In this document: piece after piece, positions 16,947-23,843 of the stretch
Layout: each line of letters opens with the position of its first letter
Position numbering within the stretch: the stretch's first letter is position 1
From: Erysipelothrix larvae
Lineage (GTDB): Bacteria > Bacillota_I > Bacilli_A > Erysipelotrichales > Erysipelotrichaceae
Direction of reading: 5' to 3'
DNA: 32,000 nucleotides
Assembly: GCF_001545095.1 (NCBI RefSeq)
Contig: NZ_CP013213.1
Span: forward strand, 330,001-362,000
Notes under the pieces: model-generated
Database searches by the model: none
Told to the model about the DNA's origin: nothing
Seen by the model: only the letters and a program-made list of their open reading frames with translations
Made by a program: the position numbers and the translations under genes

Positions 16947-19270
16947 AACGTTTTGAAGTTCGTGCTTTTATCATCGGATGTATCCTAACGTGCCTTACGG
17001 TATTCATATCTCCAATTTCAGGGTTATTAAGTGATGTGGTTTCTCAATCCTTTAATATCAGTGCTTCAAAGATCCAAATCGAAGTCACGGACTTTAAGGT
17101 TAAACAAAACACCAAAACGTATCCTTTGGGTACTGATAGTCAGTTTGAGCCAACATTGATTCAAAATGAAGTGATGGGTATTGAATTTACTCTTAATAAC
17201 TCATCACCCTTTGATGTAGACGTTGAGGGCACCATCGAGTTATCCTTTGTGAACGAAGCAAATGAGACTCAGATTGTAACGCTGTATACGGGTGAAACGA
17301 AAGATGCTTCCATTAAAGCAGGCGAACTCAATGGCTTGATCATAGGAGAACAGGATCTTGATACTCAAGAATTATCAGCGACTTCGAACAATCGAACAGG
17401 TATTTCAAAGCAAGTCCTCGCTGACACTTTAACAACCAAAGATGGACTTGGTGAAGGGTTTAAATCAAAACGTTACACGTATAAACTGTATTTGGATGGG
17501 AATAACGTGGATAAAGAAACACTCATCAGCACAATAAAGGGTAACAAAATTGGGGTTGCGGTCAATGTTTTGGCATCACCTCAAAACAAACAGTCAACTT
17601 GGCAATCATCAGTTTCTACCTATGGTGAAATCAAAACGGGTGTTTTAAGGTCGCTCACATTCAATCTTACGGGTGATAATCCACTGTATGTATCAAAAGA
17701 CGATTCATATCTTGAACCAGGATGGGTTGCACAGGATGAGTATGATGATCCAGTATCGGTGGATGTTAGTGGTCAAGTTGAACCAAGCAAAATTGGGGAA
17801 TATACACTGGAGTACACTGCGAATTATTATGGTGAATTGCATAAGCTTAGTCGAACGGTTATTGTTACAGACCGTAAAAAGCCAGTCCTAAGACCTTATG
17901 TGGAAAATCCGAGAAAGTTTGTATCAGAGACAATTGATCTACGATCGTTTGTCCTTGTTGATGATGGACTCGCTGAACCAAATCTTAAGGATAAAATTGT
18001 CATTACAACACCATCAGATTATGATCCGATGAAACCAGGAAAATATAATATTTGCTACAATGTTACCAATGACATCGGTATGAAAGCAGATGAACTCTGC
18101 ATTAATCTTACGGTTTATGCATACAAAGAGATTGCACCAATGTATGACACAACAATTGCTCTTTCCACGGATGGTCATGTCTATAGCTGGGGCTTATCAT
18201 CAAATGGAGAAACTGGAAGAAACACAACAACTACACAATCTACACCGGGTGAAATCAGCGAACTGAGTGAGTATGAAGTGGTTAAAATAGATGGCGGAAG
18301 GAATTTTGGAATGGCGCTAACAGCTGATAATCGTATCTTTATATGGGGCAATGATTTTTTCGAAGGTGGTGGCGTTCAAGGTAATGGTGTGAAATTCATA
18401 AACAACTATGTTCCTAAAGAGCTTGTCGTGATGGATGGTTCAAAAGTAAAGTTTGTTCAAATATCCTGTGGTCGAAATACAGCTGCAGCATTGAGTGAAA
18501 ATGGCGTTGTATATACTTGGGGTGATGGAAACGATTACGCAAGCGGTCAAAACACGACTAATAGTATCTATGAACCAAAAGTGTTAAATATTGTAGGTAA
18601 TCCAACCATTAAGTTTGTTAACTTGGGTGTTAGGAATGGAGTTGCAATCGATACTGAAGATAACGTTTATTTTTGGGGACAAAATGGGTTAGGTGTCAAT
18701 AACAATGGAAGTGATGTTCGTGTACCTACCAATGTGAATGAAAAGCTTCGAAATATTAACGTTGATTCAAATATTGAAGCTACAGGTATTCCAAATATTA
18801 AAGAAATTTCATTAGGGACTGATCATGGATATATCCTTATGAATGACGGAAGGTTATATGCATGGGGGGAAAATGATCTTGGACAACTGGGGAATAACAC
18901 GAGAATGAGTGTTTCTCCAAAAGACCGTGTACCACAAATCATGACTGGATTTGGCGACTTCATTGATAAAGTTGAAGCGGGCGAGAATTATGGTGTTGCA
19001 CTGGATAGAAATGGAATAGCGTATGTTTGGGGATACAGTGCATTTGGATCTATTGGTGTATCAAATGGTACAGTACTCAAAACTCCTACCATCAAGAACC
19101 CAGCTGGTGGAAGGAAAATTACAAGCATCGGAGCATACTATGCAACGACTGGTCTTATCACAGAAGACGGATATCTGTATATGTCTGGAAGTAATGACTT
19201 CGGTGAGTTAGGAATTGGAAAAACTTCAGGTAATTCTTATGAATTTGTTAAAACACTCCACCCAGAATAA
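16943..19270 (+). CDS. Large secreted multidomain protein: SipW-type signal, TasA-like module, two Ig-like (DUF5011-like) domains and a 7-blade RCC1 beta-propeller
   Basis: ATGA overlap with sipW. The N-terminus has a hydrophobic helix followed by GLLSDVVSQSFNISASKIQIEV. Residues about 35-225 are beta-rich and end in LDGNNVDKE...VAVNVLASPQNKQ. Residues about 236-393 form two repeats of about 78 aa of the G.Y.L.Y.A...V.V.D type. Residues about 394-775 carry seven RCC1-like repeats (GHVYSWG, NRIFIWG, GVVYTWG, DNVYFWG, GRLYAWGENDLGQLG, GIAYVWG, GYLYMSGSNDFGELG). Confidence 0.8.
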   Translation: MKRFEVRAFIIGCILTCLTVFISPISGLLSDVVSQSFNISASKIQIEVTDFKVKQNTKTYPLGTDSQFEPTLIQNEVMGIEFTLNNSSPFDVDVEGTIELSFVNEANETQIVTLYTGETKDASIKAGELNGLIIGEQDLDTQELSATSNNRTGISKQVLADTLTTKDGLGEGFKSKRYTYKLYLDGNNVDKETLISTIKGNKIGVAVNVLASPQNKQSTWQSSVSTYGEIKTGVLRSLTFNLTGDNPLYVSKDDSYLEPGWVAQDEYDDPVSVDVSGQVEPSKIGEYTLEYTANYYGELHKLSRTVIVTDRKKPVLRPYVENPRKFVSETIDLRSFVLVDDGLAEPNLKDKIVITTPSDYDPMKPGKYNICYNVTNDIGMKADELCINLTVYAYKEIAPMYDTTIALSTDGHVYSWGLSSNGETGRNTTTTQSTPGEISELSEYEVVKIDGGRNFGMALTADNRIFIWGNDFFEGGGVQGNGVKFINNYVPKELVVMDGSKVKFVQISCGRNTAAALSENGVVYTWGDGNDYASGQNTTNSIYEPKVLNIVGNPTIKFVNLGVRNGVAIDTEDNVYFWGQNGLGVNNNGSDVRVPTNVNEKLRNINVDSNIEATGIPNIKEISLGTDHGYILMNDGRLYAWGENDLGQLGNNTRMSVSPKDRVPQIMTGFGDFIDKVEAGENYGVALDRNGIAYVWGYSAFGSIGVSNGTVLKTPTIKNPAGGRKITSIGAYYATTGLITEDGYLYMSGSNDFGELGIGKTSGNSYEFVKTLHPE

Positions 19271-19397
19271 GCTCATGGTGAAAAAGAAAGTACAGCGTTT
19301 TAGTGATGCTGTTAAGTAAGTAAAAACCAAGTTAGTGGATTAAACAGGTTCTAAGGTCAAGAACATAGTTTAGACAGAAGAGAATATTTTCTATGCC

Positions 19398-19436
19398 AAA
19401 AGAGGTACTATCACGAATCAGTGACAGTACCTCTTT
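19398..19436. terminator. Hairpin between the convergent RCC1-protein gene and mutY
   Basis: AAAGAGGTACTaTCAC gaatca GTGAcAGTACCTCTTT gives 15 bp with one A/C mismatch. The U-tracts are short on both strands. Confidence 0.55.
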
Positions 19437-19612
19437 GTCAATAAGCTAGAAGTCTATAATTCTTTTGTATTTTGGGTATACGAAAACTGAATTTTTGGTC
19501 AAATTACTTATTAATGATATTTATTTAAAATCTATAAATCCTAGTAAAGAGTGTTAAGGTCGTTTATATAACTGAGGACTTCATCGTTTTTTCAGTTCTG
19601 TGGATTTTTGAT

Positions 19613-20611
19613 TCACTGACTTGGTTTTATTTGCTCTAAATGAGCGATGAGAATTTTCTTATGCGCGGTAATCATTGCCTTTGAATTGACTTCATTAAGA
19701 TCCATAAGATGCCAGTTTTCATTGGCAGAAGTAGCTTCACTTAAGGGATGAACGTGGATATCCCATTCTAGGTGTGAGAATTTGTGTTTGAGTGTGAGAA
19801 GGGGCGGTGTGTCTTGATGACCATCAGTCATGGGTAAACGAAGTAAACCTTTCATCAATCCGTCACTGTCATCGGTTGATACTAAGAGGGAATGATTCTG
19901 TTGATAATACCAAACAGTTTTCTTAAAAGAAGGGACTTTCTTTGCTTTTGGAATATAAGGGATTTGTCCGATGTTTTCACCTCGATACCCTGCACACATT
20001 TCTTTAAAAGGACTGCCAACACATAAAGTGTTTGAAGGTGTATAGACCAAGGCACCCAGTTCCATCATGGCTTGATTAAAGTCACTTGGATTGGCTTTGC
20101 TTTCAATCAGTTCTTTCTTTAAAAAGGATTCAAAAACTTTATGTGCTTTTCGTGCGTTTACATTCTCAGTATAGTTTAAATAGCGTGCCATCACCCGTTT
20201 CACATTTCCATCAATGACGATTTCGGGTTGGTCAAAGGCGATGGATGCGATTGCGCTGGATGTATAATCCCCAATGCCTGGGATCAATAGAAGTTCTTCT
20301 TTCGTAGAAGGGATGATGCCATTGAAGTGTTCCATGACAAAAAGCGCGCCTTTGTGTAAGTTTCGAGCGCGGTTATAATATCCCAATCCCTCCCAATGTT
20401 TGAGGACATCATTGATATCTGCAGCTGCGAGTGTGCTCACATCTGGAAATGATTCAATCCATCGATTGTAATAGGGGATCATGGTTGCGATTTGTGTTTG
20501 CTGGGCCATAATCTCACTGACCCAAATGTGATAGGGGTCTTTTGAGGCGCGAAAGGGTAAGTCTCGCTTGTTTTCATGATACCAGTTTAAGAGTCTTTTC
20601 GTAAATTCCAT
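19613..20611 (-). CDS. mutY: A/G-specific adenine DNA glycosylase MutY (Fe-S ligand set incomplete)
   Basis: Trimmed to MEFTKRLLNWYHENKRDLPFR. HhH-GPD core with the catalytic-Glu motif VSEIMAQQTQ and the Asp motif VIDGNVKRV. The C-terminal NUDIX-like domain is present. The TTG/GTG extension in the ORF track has no SD. Confidence 0.9.
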   Translation of the reverse strand: MEFTKRLLNWYHENKRDLPFRASKDPYHIWVSEIMAQQTQIATMIPYYNRWIESFPDVSTLAAADINDVLKHWEGLGYYNRARNLHKGALFVMEHFNGIIPSTKEELLLIPGIGDYTSSAIASIAFDQPEIVIDGNVKRVMARYLNYTENVNARKAHKVFESFLKKELIESKANPSDFNQAMMELGALVYTPSNTLCVGSPFKEMCAGYRGENIGQIPYIPKAKKVPSFKKTVWYYQQNHSLLVSTDDSDGLMKGLLRLPMTDGHQDTPPLLTLKHKFSHLEWDIHVHPLSEATSANENWHLMDLNEVNSKAMITAHKKILIAHLEQIKPSQ

Positions 20612-20627
20612 AAATGTATTATACACC

Positions 20628-20660
20628 AAAAAAAAGAAAAGGGGTGTGTGAGCCCTTTTC
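20628..20660 (-). terminator. Minus-strand intrinsic terminator immediately upstream of the mutY start
   Basis: On the minus strand: GAAAAGGG ctcacacac CCCTTTTC followed by T8. It sits 17 nt upstream of the mutY ATG. Confidence 0.5.
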
Positions 20661-20823
20661 TAAAGAGAGATAGTGCAATTCATTATCCAATACTCCATGC
20701 ACTAAGAAGGAACGCATGAAGTATAATGAGTGAGAGACAATGAATGAGCAAGTAACAACTTTAATTTGGATATAAGTTGTTACTACAATATTACCTTTTT
20801 ATGAAGAAAAAATCAAGATGAAA

Positions 20824-20832
20824 TGGTATAAT
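20824..20832 (+). promoter_or_regulatory. Extended -10 promoter 8 nt upstream of ATG 20841
   Basis: TGgTATAAT (hexamer 20827-32). No SD lies between it and the ATG. Confidence 0.45.
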
Positions 20833-20840
20833 ATTTCCAT

Positions 20841-22127
20841 ATGATGAAAAATAATGACGGAATTCAATTCTATGAGAAAAAAAGCATAAAAAAATTCTCG
20901 TTTATTCTCCAAATTTTATTTGGACTTTTTGTAATTGTGATTGGTATCTCCATCATAATGCGTGAAAATTTTTGGTGGTGGGTTGTGAAACTATTAATCC
21001 AAGCTTTATTAGTTGGTACGGTATTTACCTTCTTATTTCGTTCAATCACAAATCGAAACCGACTGGATCTTTTAATATCTTTTGGCTCATTAGGATTCTT
21101 TATTTATTCTCTTTTTAATGAGAACATCTTCATGGAATTCTTTTCATTGTTCTTTGGTGTATGGGCTTTGTTTAATGCAGCAGTTAGAGGTTTAGAGTTA
21201 TTTGTTTCTTTCCAAAGAAAACAGAAAGGGAAAATTGTGATTACCCTTGAGTTTTTAGCGGGATTTGTCATGGGGACTTCATTATTAGTGTCCGGGGCAG
21301 AATCTGCTTTCTTTGTAAACTTACAAGTTGGGATTTATCTAATCTTGCATGGCATCTTACAAATTGTGGATCTCTTTAGAGTGAATCTTGGTTCAGGGTA
21401 CACGTTGAGAATGCCAGCTCCGATATTCGCTACAGCGTTACTTCCAAGTTTCCTTGTGAAGAAAATTGAGCGAGAAGTCGCATTGAATCCAGATCTTGTA
21501 CTGGATACGGTTGAACCTACAATCGGGGATTATGTTTCAATTTATATCTATATCAAAGATTATGGATATAATCGCATGGGTCATATTGATATTGGATATA
21601 ATGGAGCAATCTATTCGTATGGGTGTCACGATCCGCTCAATCGGCATTCAACTCAAGCTTATGGTGATGGTGTGTTGATTGTAGGATCTGAGTGCGAATT
21701 TGTACAGTATAGTGTGGATGATAGTTCGACAGTATATCGGTTCTTGTGTAAACTCACACCACAACAACGGGATCGGATCGAAGAACGCATTGACTTGTTG
21801 ATGAAACCTGCCTACTACTATGATTATCCTTTGGATCATGAGAAGACGAAAGATTCATACTTAAAACATCTGAAAGATTCACAAGTGGGGGTTGATTATT
21901 ATAAATTTATCAGTGGACCCTTTAAGACATACAATGTCTTTACCACAAACTGCGTGCTTGTTGCGGAGTATATTGTACAATCTACTGGAATGCAGTTGTT
22001 CCATGTGAATGGAATTATTACACCTGGAACGTATTACTCTTATTTGCATAGTAATGTGGGAAGAGTGGGGTCAATTGTTGAGAAAGAATATATTTATAAG
22101 AAAATTGGAGCGAAACCCAAGTACTAA
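20841..22127 (+). CDS. Integral membrane protein with a C-terminal soluble domain of unknown function (His...Asn-Cys motif pair)
   Basis: About 6 hydrophobic helices occupy residues 20-205 and resemble HdeD/DUF308-type helices. The C-terminal 220 aa contain MGHIDIGYNGAIYSYG (His248) and YNVFTTNCVLVAEYIV (Cys371). Confidence 0.65.
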   Translation: MMKNNDGIQFYEKKSIKKFSFILQILFGLFVIVIGISIIMRENFWWWVVKLLIQALLVGTVFTFLFRSITNRNRLDLLISFGSLGFFIYSLFNENIFMEFFSLFFGVWALFNAAVRGLELFVSFQRKQKGKIVITLEFLAGFVMGTSLLVSGAESAFFVNLQVGIYLILHGILQIVDLFRVNLGSGYTLRMPAPIFATALLPSFLVKKIEREVALNPDLVLDTVEPTIGDYVSIYIYIKDYGYNRMGHIDIGYNGAIYSYGCHDPLNRHSTQAYGDGVLIVGSECEFVQYSVDDSSTVYRFLCKLTPQQRDRIEERIDLLMKPAYYYDYPLDHEKTKDSYLKHLKDSQVGVDYYKFISGPFKTYNVFTTNCVLVAEYIVQSTGMQLFHVNGIITPGTYYSYLHSNVGRVGSIVEKEYIYKKIGAKPKY

Positions 22128-22154
22128 AGGGTTTCGTTTTTATGTATTTTCATG

Positions 22155-22358
22155 TATAATTTGTGTCAAAGGAGTGATGATATACAATGCGCAATTAGTT
22201 TCTAAACCACAAGACAATGAACGAGTTCTTATGTTTTTTGTCGTGCTAGAAACTAAAAAAGCTTGATATCATTTTTGTAAAGATTCTTTTTACTTTCTGG
22301 TACGCACGCTTGTGGGTATTTTTTTATTTTATTACCAAAAGTGAAAGGAAGAAAACAT
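22155..22358 (+). promoter_or_regulatory. Leader region upstream of the ABC-F gene (-10 box, short uORF candidates, U-rich hairpin)
   Basis: TATAAT at 22155-60. AAAGGAG at 22168-74, followed by ATGs at 22177 (a 29-codon frame) and 22187 (MRN-stop). The weak hairpin TACGCAC gctt GTGGGTA (22301-18, central G/G mismatch) is followed by a T-rich run (22319-30) just before the RBS. Confidence 0.3.
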
Positions 22359-23807
22359 ATGCAGAAAATAATAGACTTGGCTTCAGTTGTGAAAATCTAT
22401 GGGGATAAAACGCTATTTGAGATTAAACATCTTGAAGTTTTTGAAGGAGACCGTATTGGTATAATTGGTGCGAATGGTTCAGGGAAATCAACCCTGATGA
22501 AACTCATCGCAGGTGAAATCATGCCGGATCAAGGGGTGATTGAAGTAATTGAATCATTGGCTTATATGCCTCAACCCCTGGGGTCGAACATTGATGAGAT
22601 TGAGATTGGTTCCTATAGTGCATCCTTGTTTGATGTTGGACGCAATGCGGGTTATAGCGGGGGCGAGAAGACAAAACGTGCACTTTCAAATGTACTCTCA
22701 CAAAATAAAGCATTATACCTGCTGGATGAACCTACCACGAATATGGATTTAGTGTCCATCCAACATCTTGAATCAGAAGTATTAAAGTATTCTGGAACTT
22801 TGATTGTGATATCCCATGATACAACATTTCTTAATACCGTTGTGAATCGACTGTGGATTTTGGATGGTGGGACTGTCCGTGAATTTGATGGAACCTATGA
22901 GATGTGGCAGATACAACAACAACGTGAATATGATTATCAGTCCTTTCTGTATCAACAAGACCAAAAAGAGCGCAAGCGTCTTGAAAAGGAAGCAGCACGG
23001 ATTCGAATTGAAGCTCAAAAGGTGGGGAAAAAACCAAAACACATGTCGAGTAAAGAAGCGCGGATCTATGCCGGGATTGCGAGTGTCCAACAGGGACATG
23101 TTCAACGGCGTTCACGTCAGTTATTAAGTCGTATGGATCATAAGGAAACATTGAAGCGACCTGAAAGCAATGATCCCATAAATATCAGTCTTGGGTCTAC
23201 TCAAAAACTACGGGCAAAGACTGCAATCACGCTTGAGAACTTTAACCTTGCGTATGGTGAACGGGTGTTATTTAAAGATACCAACGCAACCTTAAAGACA
23301 AATGTTTGCAGTGTAATCACAGGTCCTAATGGGTGTGGTAAGACAAGCTTAATCAATGCGATTTTAAGAAAAGAAGATGGGATTGTTGTAAATCCTGGGA
23401 TACACTTTGGTGTATTCTCACAGTTTCACCAATCCATTGATCTTAAGAAGACGTTACTTCAAAATGTCATGAGAGAGAGTATCTATGACATGGGAAAAGT
23501 CAGAACCATTTTAAACAATCTACGATTTTCAAAAGAAGATTTGGATAAAACGGCATCTAAATTATCGGGGGGTGAGCGTGCAAAGTGTGTACTTGCGATG
23601 TTGATTGTTTCGGATATTAATGCCTTAATTCTTGATGAGCCTTCCAACCATCTTGACATGGATACACAACAAGCAATGCTAGATATGCTTGAAAACTGGG
23701 AACATACGCTAATCTTAGTGAGCCATGATCGGTGGTTCATTGATCAATTAGGGGATCAGGTGTTTGAAGTGAAACACCAGTCACTTGTACCATCAATAAA
23801 CGGCTAA
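22359..23807 (+). CDS. ABC-F family ATPase (two ABC domains, no TMD), Msr-like in size and architecture; possible ribosomal-protection (ARE) protein
   Basis: ATG follows AAAGGAAG. Walker A motifs GANGSGKST and GPNGCGKTS. Signature and Walker B motifs YSGGEKTKRA...LLDEPTTNMD and LSGGERAKCV...ILDEPSNHLD. A basic, Gln-rich interdomain linker of about 80 aa. 482 aa in total. Confidence 0.8.
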   Translation: MQKIIDLASVVKIYGDKTLFEIKHLEVFEGDRIGIIGANGSGKSTLMKLIAGEIMPDQGVIEVIESLAYMPQPLGSNIDEIEIGSYSASLFDVGRNAGYSGGEKTKRALSNVLSQNKALYLLDEPTTNMDLVSIQHLESEVLKYSGTLIVISHDTTFLNTVVNRLWILDGGTVREFDGTYEMWQIQQQREYDYQSFLYQQDQKERKRLEKEAARIRIEAQKVGKKPKHMSSKEARIYAGIASVQQGHVQRRSRQLLSRMDHKETLKRPESNDPINISLGSTQKLRAKTAITLENFNLAYGERVLFKDTNATLKTNVCSVITGPNGCGKTSLINAILRKEDGIVVNPGIHFGVFSQFHQSIDLKKTLLQNVMRESIYDMGKVRTILNNLRFSKEDLDKTASKLSGGERAKCVLAMLIVSDINALILDEPSNHLDMDTQQAMLDMLENWEHTLILVSHDRWFIDQLGDQVFEVKHQSLVPSING

Positions 23808-23811
23808 AAAA

Positions 23812-23843
23812 AGCGGCACAACTTAGGAAGAGTGTGTCGCTTT
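23812..23843. terminator. Terminator between the convergent ABC-F gene and mvaA; stronger for mvaA
   Basis: AAGCGGCACA (23812-21) pairs with TGTGTCGCTT (23834-43), giving 10 bp with one G:U. The A8 run upstream becomes a U-tract for the minus-strand transcript. The hairpin overlaps the last mvaA codons. Confidence 0.6.

Noticed and set aside
22009-22266. An 85-aa ORF spanning the end of the membrane-protein gene and the ABC-F leader.
   Set aside because: Most of it is an alternate frame of the upstream CDS. Only its last 29 codons (from ATG 22177) lie in the leader, and that ATG sits just 2 nt after the SD. I keep it only as a weak uORF candidate, not as a gene.
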